Notes under the pieces: generated by a model
Databases searched by the model: none
Told to the model about the DNA's origin: nothing
What the model saw: only the letters and a program-made list of their open reading frames with translations
Assembly: GCA_965218795.1 (NCBI GenBank)
Contig: OZ244653.1
Coordinates: 1,184,001-1,248,000, forward strand
Direction of reading: 5' to 3'
Source of the DNA: a bacterium
GTDB lineage: Bacteria; UBA8248; JACPRG01; G963555815
Length of the DNA: 64,000 nt
Part shown: piece after piece, positions 39,927 to 49,215 of the stretch
How the letters are laid out: every line of letters starts with the position of its first letter
Position numbering within the stretch: the stretch's first letter is position 1
Position numbers and translations under genes: made by a program

Positions 39927-40240
39927 ATGGCGTATGTTCGCCAAATTGAACCCAAGAATGCAACTGGCGAAGTCAAAGAATTTCATGACAGGCTCATCGA
40001 AAGGGATGGGCAGGTTCGCGGGCTCTTCAAGCTGTCCAGCTTGAAACCCGACATCATGTTCGGGCTGAGCGCTCTTTACAGCACGGTCATGTATGGAGAA
40101 TCTGGCCTCTCTCGCGCCGAAAAGGAGACGGTCGCGATCGTCGTGTCGGAGATCAACGGGTGCGGCTACTGAGTCCAGAACCACGGAGGGTCGCTCCGTA
40201 AGGAACTGGACGATGAGGAGCTCGCCCGACAGGTCATCCC
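39927..40240 (+). CDS. AhpD/CMD-like peroxidase-related protein with in-frame UGA (CxxU), probable selenoprotein; 3' part appears lost
   Basis: SGLSRAEKETVAIVVSEINGCGY-TGA-VQNHGGSLR matches the AhpD-like CxxC...H motif with TGA (40170-40172) at the second Cys; family-like sequence continues after the TGA. Confidence 0.75.
40173..40211 (+). promoter_or_regulatory. Bacterial SECIS-like stem-loop
   Basis: GTCCAG-AA-CC-ACGGAG-(GGTCG)-CTCCGT-AA-GG-AA-CTGGAC directly after the UGA; apical loop starts with G. Confidence 0.7.
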
Positions 40241-40244
40241 GAAC

Positions 40245-40399
40245 CCCCTCAAAAACTTTCATTTCGCGAGCAGGCCGAGCATTGGCTATTCGCGCGGTCA
40301 AGAAGGTGATGGAAGGCATGGCCGTATGAATTGGGAGCATCTGAGGGGACATTTTGAAAATCGCCCCCTCAGACTCCCCTCAAAAACTTTCGTTTCGCG
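40245..40399. repeat. 24-bp direct repeat pair / REP-like element
   Basis: CCCCTCAAAAACTTTC(A/G)TTTCGCG at 40245 and 40376; hairpin CTGAGGGG...CCCCTCAG between them. Confidence 0.75.
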
Positions 40400-40549
40400 C
40401 CAAGAGGGCGGCCTGGCAGGCCTCCCTACTTGGCGCAGAATACTTTGGCATGCTGTTCACGAGTCTAGGTCTCTTTCCGAACAAAGGATATCTTTCAAAG
40501 GGGGAAGGGGAGCACCTATCTCTAGCAGGATGGCAGAGAGGAGGGAGAC

Positions 40550-41178
40550 ATGACGAGATGGCTTCACCCGCTGGAAGCCTGGACGGGCACTTTCGGCGAC
40601 GCATACATCGAGCGAAACCTGGCCGACGACGCTCGTTTGAGACAGAGTATCGTCATGTGGCGCCAAGTGCTTCGCCCGCTTGCGGCGCAACCACCGCAAG
40701 CTGTCTCGAAGTCGGCGCAAATGTTGGCATCAACTTGAGGGCCTTGCACAAACTTCGCACGATCGAGATGTATGCGTGCGAGCCCAACGCCAGGGCCCGT
40801 GAGATCCTAGTCCGCGATGGCGTGGTCCCCGCTGACCGTGTGCTGGATGGCACGGTCGATCAAATCGACCTTGCGGATGCGAGCATCGACTTGGTCTTCA
40901 CCCGTGGCGTGCTGATCCATGTCGCCCCGAAACGCCTTGAAGCGGGCTATCGCGAGATGTACCGCGTCGCCGCGCGCTATCTCCTGACGATCGAGTATTT
41001 CGCGCATGAGCCAGAGGAGATCACGTATCGCGGCCAGGATGGCCTTCTGTTCAAGCGCGATTTCGGCGCGCTGTGGATCGACCTTTACCCGGCGCTCAAG
41101 TTGGTCGACTACGGCTTCTTCTGGAAGCGGGCCACCGGGTTGGATAATTTTACCTGGTGGCTTTTCGCGAAGCCCTGA
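40550..41178 (+). pseudogene. Pseudaminic acid biosynthesis-associated methyltransferase-like, single frameshift
   Basis: W.G.FGDAYIERN in one frame; LEVGANVG.NL, LVFTRGVLIH, EYF and LFKRDFG in another; one base missing near 40697-40700. Confidence 0.8.
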
Positions 41179-41179
41179 C

Positions 41180-41418
41180 GCCGAAAAGCGTCTCATCAAG
41201 AATGAATTGTCCGAAGCGCGCCTCCGGGACGTCATCGGCGGTAAGAACGGCTCTAACGCCCGGAATGCTCTTCGTTCTTGATGTATCGATATGAAGAATT
41301 TGCGCGTGGGGGTTAAGTACTCGCAAGATCCGACCCGCGAGGCATCGGGGGGCCTCCAAAGGTCCGCCGCGTATCGGGACTGGCCGGTTGTCTTGGGGAT
41401 GCCGTCGTAGCGGGGCAA
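41180..41418 (-). pseudogene. Xanthine dehydrogenase/CoxL molybdopterin subunit N-terminal remnant
   Basis: PRYDGIPKTTGQSRYAADL then, frameshifted, PHAQILHIDTSRTKSIPGVRAVLTADDVP. Confidence 0.85.
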
Positions 41419-41697
41419 GCTCTCTTCTCTTTAAGCGTAATCTCCATTTTCGTTCCAGACAATATCATTTTGGGGACGCAGGCCGGGTCTCAATCCGACC
41501 CAGTCGGATTGGCAGACATGATCATGGAACTTGCGCCGGCCGCCGATTTCTGTTACCCGTAGGGAGATTCAATTCAGGAGGAGCGCACTTCGGTGTCCGT
41601 CCGGTTGGACGGCCGGAGACGGAACCCGGTTTCCGCAAGACATTGCGGTCTGACGGTGTTCCACTGAGGTCAAGGATCTTCGGGAGGTCAAAAGACA

Positions 41698-43365
41698 ATG
41701 GGCAAGAGAGAAGATGCTGCACGAGGCATCAGCCGTCGCGAGTTTCTGGCAGGGACCGCGCTTGCCGCCGGCGGGGCCATGCTGGGCCCCATCATGATTT
41801 CGAGCGCCTACGGACAGGTCATGCCGGGAAAAGAACTCCCGCCGCTGAGGTTTGAGAGCTACTCGGACTCCATGACCGTTGAAGGTGTGCGTATTTACGC
41901 CCGGGAGCTGGCGAAGATCGGGATCCGTGTGGACCATCGGCCCATGGCCTTTCCCGCCTTTTTGGGCAAGGTGTACTTCAATCACAAATTCACACTGGCC
42001 ATGGGCGGGTTCGGATCGGCGGAGGAGCGCATCGATCCCGACTTTTATCTCCGGGCCCTGTACCGGAGCAAGGGCGGATTCAACGTTTCGGGGTACAGCA
42101 ACCCCGAGTACGACAAAGTCATCGACGCGCAGCAGCAGGAACTGGATCCCGCAAAGCGCAAGAAGCTGATTGAAGAAGCGCAGCGCATCTGGGCCCGCGA
42201 TCTCCCTTCCTGGTGGGTGTTGGGCCGGGCCACGGTCAATCCCTACAACACCCGTCTGTTCAGCAATTACCGTTTCCGCAAGGTCACGGGCCTGAGCGCG
42301 TACAGCGTGCTTCCCTATCTCGAACTGCAGCCGACCGGCAGCGTCAAGGAAGTCAACGTCGCTACGGTCTTCCGGATGAGCTCGGCCCACCTGTTGACGG
42401 AGCGGGCGTCGAACGGGCGCGGATTCCTCCGCTTCGTCTATGACACCTTCCTGAAGTACGACATGGATTACAACCTGAAGCCTTGGGCCGCCGAGTCGTA
42501 CAAAATTGTGGACGCCACCACCATCGACATCAAACTTCGCGATGGAATGAAATGGCATGACGGCCGGCCCGTCACGGCCGATGACGCCAAATTCACGTTT
42601 GATTACATCCGAAAATGGAAGCCGCCCATCTGGCGGTTCGCCATCTCCCCCGTCAAGAGCGCCGAAAAGCTGGATTCCCTGACCGTGCGGGTGCGCCTCA
42701 ACGCGCCCTCCGCCACGTTCATCACGGTCAGTCTGGCCTACATCACGATTCTCCCGCAACACATCTGGAAGGACGTGCCGGAAAAGGCGGGGGTCAAGAA
42801 GCCCAGCGAGTGGAACATGGCGAAGCACGGCGCGATCGGCAGCGGTCCGTTCAAATTCGTTTCCTTCAAGAAGGACGTGGACTGCCACGTCGTGGCTAAT
42901 CGGGATCACTGGACGGGCGGTCCGAAACTGGACGGCGTTCATTACATCCAGGCCACCGGCGTGGAGCAGGAAAAGGGCGGCATGGAGAACCAAAGCATCC
43001 ATATCGTGGATGAGGGACTCAATCCTCCCGACGGCGAAAAGCTGGCTGAAAAGCCCTACATCGGCCTGCACATCCAGCCGAGCCAGACCATCATGTCCTT
43101 CTTCCTGGACATGCGGAATCCGCTGTTCCAGGACCCGGCGCTCCGGACGGCCATGTACCTGGCAACGCCGAAAAAGAATATCCTGGACATCGCCGCCGCC
43201 GGGGGCGGCCTGGTCGGCCGGCGCTCCCCGTTGCCGCCCGTCTTCACGAAATGGATCCCATCGGATCTGCCGGGCGACGAGTTCAACCTGGATGCCGCCA
43301 AGAAATCTCTCGCCGACGCCGGGTACACCTGGAAGAACGGTGTCCTCGTGATGAAGAAGGCCTGA
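41698..43365 (+). CDS. Family 5 (Dpp/Opp/Nik) ABC substrate-binding protein, Tat-exported, circularly permuted
   Basis: Tat motif SRREFL; KLRDGMKWHDGRPVTADDAKFT, IGSGPFKF and NVSGYSNPEYD motifs present in non-canonical order. Confidence 0.9.
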   Translation: MGKREDAARGISRREFLAGTALAAGGAMLGPIMISSAYGQVMPGKELPPLRFESYSDSMTVEGVRIYARELAKIGIRVDHRPMAFPAFLGKVYFNHKFTLAMGGFGSAEERIDPDFYLRALYRSKGGFNVSGYSNPEYDKVIDAQQQELDPAKRKKLIEEAQRIWARDLPSWWVLGRATVNPYNTRLFSNYRFRKVTGLSAYSVLPYLELQPTGSVKEVNVATVFRMSSAHLLTERASNGRGFLRFVYDTFLKYDMDYNLKPWAAESYKIVDATTIDIKLRDGMKWHDGRPVTADDAKFTFDYIRKWKPPIWRFAISPVKSAEKLDSLTVRVRLNAPSATFITVSLAYITILPQHIWKDVPEKAGVKKPSEWNMAKHGAIGSGPFKFVSFKKDVDCHVVANRDHWTGGPKLDGVHYIQATGVEQEKGGMENQSIHIVDEGLNPPDGEKLAEKPYIGLHIQPSQTIMSFFLDMRNPLFQDPALRTAMYLATPKKNILDIAAAGGGLVGRRSPLPPVFTKWIPSDLPGDEFNLDAAKKSLADAGYTWKNGVLVMKKA

Positions 43366-43376
43366 TCGACGGGTAT

Positions 43377-43410
43377 CGGGAGGGGGCCGCGGGGCCGCTC
43401 CCCCCTCCCG
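43377..43410 (+). terminator. Intercistronic GC-rich hairpin after the binding-protein gene
   Basis: CGGGAGGGGG...CCCCCTCCCG with no U-tract; may stabilise mRNA rather than terminate. Confidence 0.5.
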
Positions 43411-43441
43411 CGCCCGCATCTCTCTGAGGCCATACCCCACG

Positions 43442-44410
43442 ATGCGTCGCTACGTCCTCCGCAGGGTCGCCCAGATCATTTTTGTCCTTTGGGCCCTGAT
43501 CACCATTATGTTTTTCCTCTTTCGGCTGGTCCCTGGCGATCCGGTCGCCATGATCATCTCGGCCGAGCTGACCGAGAGCGCACGGGAAGCCCTCCGCGAG
43601 GGCTGGGGTTTGAACCGTCCCCTGGGCCAACAATACTTTCTTTATGTCAAGAACCTGCTGATTGGCGATTTCGGCCTGTCGTTCTACCACCAAGAGCCGG
43701 TGTGGGAGGTGCTGGGCGAAAAGGTCGTCAATACCCTGGCACTCATGATCCCGGCCACGGCAATAGGAGTCGTCCTCGGCGTTTCGGGCGGCATGTACCT
43801 GGGGTGGTGGCGGGGCTCGCGTCTGGAACGGATCGGGGTCATGCTCCCTCCCCTGATTCGGGCGATGCCCGTGTTCTGGCTGGGGGTGCTCCTCCTGATG
43901 GTGTTCTCCTACAAGTTCGGACTTTTTCCGAACGGAGGAATGCGCTCCATCGGCACGTTTCCCAAAGGCTGGGCCGACACCTTCTTCTCAACGGACTTCC
44001 TTTGGCACTTGACCCTCCCGTTGGTTTGCACGGTGATTACCTCGGTTCCCGAACCGATGCTCATCATGCGGAGCAGTATCCTGGAAACCCGGGGTGAGGA
44101 GTACATCGAGCTCCTGCAGGCCAAGGGAGTCAGGGAGCACGTCGTTCTCAAGCATGCGGCCCGCAACTCCATGCTGCCGGTGGTGACCTGGGTGTTTCAC
44201 ATGTTCGGCTACGCCATCGCCGGAACGGTGCTCGTCGAGGTCGTTTTTGCGTGGCCCGGTCTGGGCCGGGAGTTGATCACGGCCGTCAACAACCATGACT
44301 ATCCTGTTTCCCAGGCGGCGTTCTTCCTCATATCGGTCATCATTCTCGGCTTGAACTTCATGAACGATATGGTGTACGGCCTGTTGGATCCGCGCGTGGT
44401 GTTGAACTAA
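43442..44410 (+). CDS. Dpp/Opp ABC permease (DppB-like)
   Basis: PGDP, GDFGLS, MPVFWLG, EEYI...AKG, HAARN and WPGLG motifs. Confidence 0.94.
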   Translation: MRRYVLRRVAQIIFVLWALITIMFFLFRLVPGDPVAMIISAELTESAREALREGWGLNRPLGQQYFLYVKNLLIGDFGLSFYHQEPVWEVLGEKVVNTLALMIPATAIGVVLGVSGGMYLGWWRGSRLERIGVMLPPLIRAMPVFWLGVLLLMVFSYKFGLFPNGGMRSIGTFPKGWADTFFSTDFLWHLTLPLVCTVITSVPEPMLIMRSSILETRGEEYIELLQAKGVREHVVLKHAARNSMLPVVTWVFHMFGYAIAGTVLVEVVFAWPGLGRELITAVNNHDYPVSQAAFFLISVIILGLNFMNDMVYGLLDPRVVLN

Positions 44411-45366
44411 TGGAAAACCTGAGCGTCGAGCACAAACCGTCCGAGCCGTCTCCTGAAAGGGCCTTGGACCCTGCCGGCATCCACGCCGAGAAATCCAGGT
44501 TGTTCCGGGGCATCCGAGAGATTGCGCATACCCTTTGGGGGGATGCCTTTGGGCGCGCCGGCATTTGCATTCTTCTCCTGTTTCTCATCGTTGCGATCGT
44601 TTCCCCTCATATCGGCCCGGATGACCCCTGGAAGCACCATTACAACCCTGAGAACCAACTCGCGCGACTCGAGTCGGCGTCCGGCCGGCACTGGTTCGGA
44701 ACCACTTATTACGGGCAGGACGTGTTCACCCAAACGGTGCGGGGGACCCGCGTAGCCTTTGCCGTTGGAGTGATCACGGCGGTTCTGATCGTCATCATCG
44801 GGACGAACATCGGCCTGATCGCCGGCTACTTCGGGGGGTGGACCGACGATTTTCTGATGCGGATCACCGACATCGCCTACGCCATTCCCTTCCTTCCGTT
44901 CATGATTGTCGTTGTGAGCCTGGTCGGCCCCCGACTGGAGACCATCATCCTGTCGATGTCGCTGCTCTTTTGGCGAACGGAGGCGCGGGTCGTGCGTTCC
45001 CAGGTCCTGAGCCTGCGCGAACGTCCCTACATTCTCGCAGCCCGAGCGAGCGGCGCCGGCCACATCAGGCTCCTCTACGTCCACCTCCTGCCCAACGTCC
45101 TGCCCATCGCGTTTCTCTATCTGGTCTTCGGTGTGGCCTGGGCGGTATTGACCGAAGCCAGCCTGAGTTTCATCGGGCTCGGGGATCCAAACCAGGTCAG
45201 CTGGGGATTGATGCTCTTTCACGCATTCAGCTCGGGATCCATGCGGGACGCATGGTGGTGGGTCGTTCCGCCGGGTTTGGCGCTGATGATCTTTCTCTTG
45301 GCCTGTTATTTCATGGGCCGCGCCTACGAAGAGCGAATCAACCCCCGCCTGCAGCAAAGCTCATGA
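44410..45366 (+). CDS. Dpp/Opp ABC permease (DppC-like)
   Basis: HWFGT..GQDV, AARASGA, HLLPN, EASLSFIGLG and SWGLM motifs. Confidence 0.94.
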   Translation: MENLSVEHKPSEPSPERALDPAGIHAEKSRLFRGIREIAHTLWGDAFGRAGICILLLFLIVAIVSPHIGPDDPWKHHYNPENQLARLESASGRHWFGTTYYGQDVFTQTVRGTRVAFAVGVITAVLIVIIGTNIGLIAGYFGGWTDDFLMRITDIAYAIPFLPFMIVVVSLVGPRLETIILSMSLLFWRTEARVVRSQVLSLRERPYILAARASGAGHIRLLYVHLLPNVLPIAFLYLVFGVAWAVLTEASLSFIGLGDPNQVSWGLMLFHAFSSGSMRDAWWWVVPPGLALMIFLLACYFMGRAYEERINPRLQQSS

Positions 45367-46397
45367 GCCTGCTTTCCGTTCAGGATCTGAACATCCGGTT
45401 CCGGACCGCCGACGGGGAACTGAGGGCGGTGGACGGGGTGTCTTTCGATCTTGCGGAAGGCGAATCGATCGGAATCGTGGGCGAGTCGGGTTGCGGGAAG
45501 ACGACCCTGGCCAAGTCCATCTTTCGCATCCTCCCTCCCAACAGCCTGGTTCCGGCAGGAAGAATCCTCTTTCGGGGCATCGACCTGCTGCAACTCCCTC
45601 CCCCCGCGATGCGGCAGGCCCGCTGGCGCGACCTGTCACTCATCACCCAGAGCGCCATGGCCGCCCTGGATCCGGTGTACCGGGTGGGCGCGCAGATCGT
45701 CGAAGTCATCCGGGCGCACGAAGACTGCTCGCGGAAAGAGGCCTGGGAACGCGCGGGGAAGTTGTTCAATGCCGTCGGTCTCGATACCAACCGGCTTCGG
45801 AATTACCCTCACCAATTCAGCGGCGGGATGCGGCAGCGAGCCGTGATAGCGATGGCGCTTGCCCTGGATCCGCCGCTGGTGGTCGCCGACGAGCCGACAA
45901 CGGCACTCGACGTGATCATGCAGGATCAGGTTTTCGAGGAAATCGCCCGCCTCCAGCAGGCGGGGCAAAAGGCTCTGATTCTCATCACCCACGACATCTC
46001 CTTGGTGGCGGAGAACTGCGATCGCGTGGCCGTGATGTACGCCGGTCGGATTGTCGAACTGGCTCCGGTACGCGAGATTTTTTCTCGGCCCATACACCCG
46101 TACACCATCGGGTTGCAAAACGCCTTCCCCGATTTGAAGGGAAAAACCAGAGGGTTGATCTCCATCCCGGGCGCGCCGCCCAATTTGACGGCGCCCTACC
46201 CCGGCTGCCGTTTCGCTCCCCGGTGTCCGTTCGTCCAGGAGCGGTGCACAAGGGAGGATCCACCGCTATCCGGCGTTGGGCCGAATCACCAGGTCGCCTG
46301 TCATTTTCCCGAAAAGGCCGCGGAGTTCCGGGACGCGGGGAGGCAAGAGAAAATCTGGGAGAGGGACGGGACGGCCGAGACGACGGGATTGACATGA
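45363..46397 (+). CDS. Dpp/Opp ABC ATPase (DppD-like)
   Basis: GESGCGKT, FSGGM, ADEPTTALD and GCRFAPRC; start moved to ATG 45363. Confidence 0.95.
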   Translation: MSLLSVQDLNIRFRTADGELRAVDGVSFDLAEGESIGIVGESGCGKTTLAKSIFRILPPNSLVPAGRILFRGIDLLQLPPPAMRQARWRDLSLITQSAMAALDPVYRVGAQIVEVIRAHEDCSRKEAWERAGKLFNAVGLDTNRLRNYPHQFSGGMRQRAVIAMALALDPPLVVADEPTTALDVIMQDQVFEEIARLQQAGQKALILITHDISLVAENCDRVAVMYAGRIVELAPVREIFSRPIHPYTIGLQNAFPDLKGKTRGLISIPGAPPNLTAPYPGCRFAPRCPFVQERCTREDPPLSGVGPNHQVACHFPEKAAEFRDAGRQEKIWERDGTAETTGLT

Positions 46398-47425
46398 CCG
46401 CACTCATTTTGCAGGTCCGCGGGTTGAAGAAGTACTTTCCTCTCCGGGGACAAATGCTATCCGAGATACTGCCCCGTGGAACCCCTCCTATTGTCCGGGC
46501 GGTGGAAGACGTCAATTTCGAGCTGGCCGAAGGAGAGGTGCTGGGTATCGTCGGTGAGAGCGGCTGTGGAAAAACGACCACAGGGCTGACCACGCTCAAA
46601 CTCTATCCGCCATCGGCCGGCGAGATCCGATTCCTCGGAAAGGACATCGCCCCGTACCGGGGAAATCAGCTTCGAGATTTCAGACGCCAAGCGCAGCTCA
46701 TCTTTCAGGATCCCTATCAATCCCTCAACCCGCGTTTTACCGTATTCGACACGATTCGTGAGCCGCTCGTCATTCACGGCCTGGCCAAAGGGAAGAAGTT
46801 GGTGGACCGGGTTCTTGAGACGCTGGACATCGTCAGGCTTCGTCCTCCGGAGATATTTCTCGACCGCTACCCCCACGAGCTGAGCGGGGGACAGCGTCAA
46901 CGGGTCGCCATCGCGCGCGCGATGGTGGTGCGCCCGCGATTCATCGTGGCCGACGAGCCCGTCTCCATGTTGGATGTCTCGGTTCGGGCGGGGATCCTGG
47001 AGCTGCTCAGGCGGTTCAGTCGGGAAGCCGGTCTCTCCCTGCTGTATATCTCTCACGACATTTCGACGGTCCGATATCTCTGTGACCGCACGGCCATCAT
47101 GTACCTGGGCCGAATCATCGAGACGGGTCACACGGAAACCCTCATCGAAAATCCCCGTCATCCGTATACGAAGGCGTTGCTTTCCGCCGTTCCCTTGTCC
47201 GACCCCGACGCCAACAGACCGCGCACCCGCCTCAAGGGAGATGTGCCGAGCCCTGTGCAACGCCCGGGGGGGTGCGTTTTTCATCCCAGGTGTCCGGAGG
47301 TCTTTGCCCCCTGCGGCGAGCAAATTCCCGGCTTCCACGCGGGAACGGACGGTCAGGAGGTCGCCTGTCACCTCTACGGGGAAGAGGCCGGGGACCGCAT
47401 GATTCCAAAGGGTGAAGGGACCTGA
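46394..47425 (+). CDS. Dpp/Opp ABC ATPase (DppF-like)
   Basis: GESGCGKT, LSGGQRQR, ADEPVSMLD and GCVFHPRC; start moved to ATG 46394. Confidence 0.95.
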   Translation: MTALILQVRGLKKYFPLRGQMLSEILPRGTPPIVRAVEDVNFELAEGEVLGIVGESGCGKTTTGLTTLKLYPPSAGEIRFLGKDIAPYRGNQLRDFRRQAQLIFQDPYQSLNPRFTVFDTIREPLVIHGLAKGKKLVDRVLETLDIVRLRPPEIFLDRYPHELSGGQRQRVAIARAMVVRPRFIVADEPVSMLDVSVRAGILELLRRFSREAGLSLLYISHDISTVRYLCDRTAIMYLGRIIETGHTETLIENPRHPYTKALLSAVPLSDPDANRPRTRLKGDVPSPVQRPGGCVFHPRCPEVFAPCGEQIPGFHAGTDGQEVACHLYGEEAGDRMIPKGEGT

Positions 47426-47460
47426 CGCGCAGTCATCCGCACGGGCTGAATCACAATTCC

Positions 47461-48798
47461 CTACGCAGCCGAGGCCGCGCCTGAGATTCTGGGCGGTTTC
47501 TGTCCCGCCGGGACGATGGGATCGTAAACGAACCCTTCGGTCTTCGTCCCCCACTCTTTCCGGATCTCTTCAAGCAATTCAGGCTGGGTCATGTAATCCA
47601 GGGTCGTGGCGGCCAGGATCTTGGCGGCGTACAGCATTCCCTTTTCGCCCAGCCCCATCCGGTATTGTTCGGTGGCGGAAACGTGATGTTCCGGCGTTTC
47701 GGGCGCCCGGCAGGTGATCATGCACATGCTGAAGGGGACCAGCCAGCTGACGTTGCCCAGGTCATTCGACCAAGGGCCGGTTCCGCCGACAAAGGGGCCG
47801 GATACTGTCTCGTCAGGCTCCGTGTAATTGAATTTCTTCTGCGGGAACTCCTTCTCCTCCTTTGTAAACTTCGGCGGTGAAATGGCCTCCAGATTGGCAT
47901 GCATGACCCGGGCGGCCGATTCCAGCGGCAGGGAATCGTAAACCCCGGTGATGGTCGTGGCTTTGACTTCGGTCTCGGTCGCGTGAGCGGCCCCCTCCGC
48001 ACACCGGAAAAGCCGCTCGGTGTTTGATCTTAGGATTTCCCGATTGAAATAGCGCATGAAATACCAGCTTCTGGCGTATGGTGGTACGACGTTAGGGAAA
48101 ATCCCACCGTCTGGAATGACATAATGCAGCATCGAACCCCGCGGCAGGTGCTCCCTCAGGTGGTTCGCTGCATAATTCATGATTTCAACCGCATCCAGGG
48201 CGCTCCTCGCGTCGAACGGGGCGACGCCCGCGTGCGCGCTCTTGCCGAAGAACTCGTAGAGGATGGAGTCCATCGCCATGGACCCGACGTTCATGACGGC
48301 GTTTTCCTTACCCGGGTGCCAAGCCATCACGGTGTCCAATCCATCAAAAACACCGTCTCTCGCCATATAGACCTTCCCGACCAGGGTTTCTTCCGCCGGC
48401 GTCCCGAAGACCTTGAGGATTCCGCCGACCCGCGATTTTTCCATGGCCGTTTTCGCGGCAATCGCCGCCGCGACCGTGCCGGTCCCATAAAGATTGTGCC
48501 CGCATCCGTGCCCCGGGCCGTCGCCTTCGACCGCACACTGCGGCACGGCATCGTATTCGGCCAACAACCCGACGGTCGGGCCGTCCTCCCCCCAGGTCGC
48601 GACGAACGCCGTGGGCATGTCGGACACGCCTTCCTCAATCTGAAACCCGGCTTCCCGCAGAACGCGGACCAACAAGGCAGCAGACTTGTACTCTTCCAGG
48701 CCCAGTTCCGCGTATCCCCATATTTCCCGCGAATACTCGATCAATCGCTCGCGTTCATCTTCAACCCACTGAATGGCCGTCTCTTTCTCTTTTCCCAT
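47461..48798 (-). CDS. M20 amidohydrolase, AbgB (aminobenzoyl-glutamate utilization B)-like
   Basis: ELGLEE, EYDA, HGCGHN, GTPAEE, WHP and SALDAVE motifs; start moved to ATG 48798. Confidence 0.9.
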   Translation of the reverse strand: MGKEKETAIQWVEDERERLIEYSREIWGYAELGLEEYKSAALLVRVLREAGFQIEEGVSDMPTAFVATWGEDGPTVGLLAEYDAVPQCAVEGDGPGHGCGHNLYGTGTVAAAIAAKTAMEKSRVGGILKVFGTPAEETLVGKVYMARDGVFDGLDTVMAWHPGKENAVMNVGSMAMDSILYEFFGKSAHAGVAPFDARSALDAVEIMNYAANHLREHLPRGSMLHYVIPDGGIFPNVVPPYARSWYFMRYFNREILRSNTERLFRCAEGAAHATETEVKATTITGVYDSLPLESAARVMHANLEAISPPKFTKEEKEFPQKKFNYTEPDETVSGPFVGGTGPWSNDLGNVSWLVPFSMCMITCRAPETPEHHVSATEQYRMGLGEKGMLYAAKILAATTLDYMTQPELLEEIRKEWGTKTEGFVYDPIVPAGQKPPRISGAASAA

Positions 48799-49215
48799 CG
48801 ACTTGAGGCTCCCTTTGATTAGCCCGAGCGATTGATCGTTGACCGCTAGGGGCTTTGGGCTTGAAAACGGGGCGTATTCCAGGCACTGTCGTTCCGGCCA
48901 TTTCGCGAATGGTTGTTCTTCTGAACGCAGACCTGCTGTGTCGCATGACCATTCGACGGCCTCATGAACAGGCGCGTCAGTGCGGAGCGCGGACACGACG
49001 TTTCCCCACGCGCGCCGGGGAGACAAAGCAATCCACTTTGCGTTCCTGTCAGCAACGGTTGCGCTTGACTCGAAAGTGTACGAGACAACATGCTACAACT
49101 CAATATACGGCCGATTTCCCTCTTCAGCCCAGCGCCAAAGAGTTTCATCGTCAATGGAAAAGACGTGTACTCGCACTGAAGTTCACTTGTCCACAGCTTT
49201 CCACGGGAGGGATCG

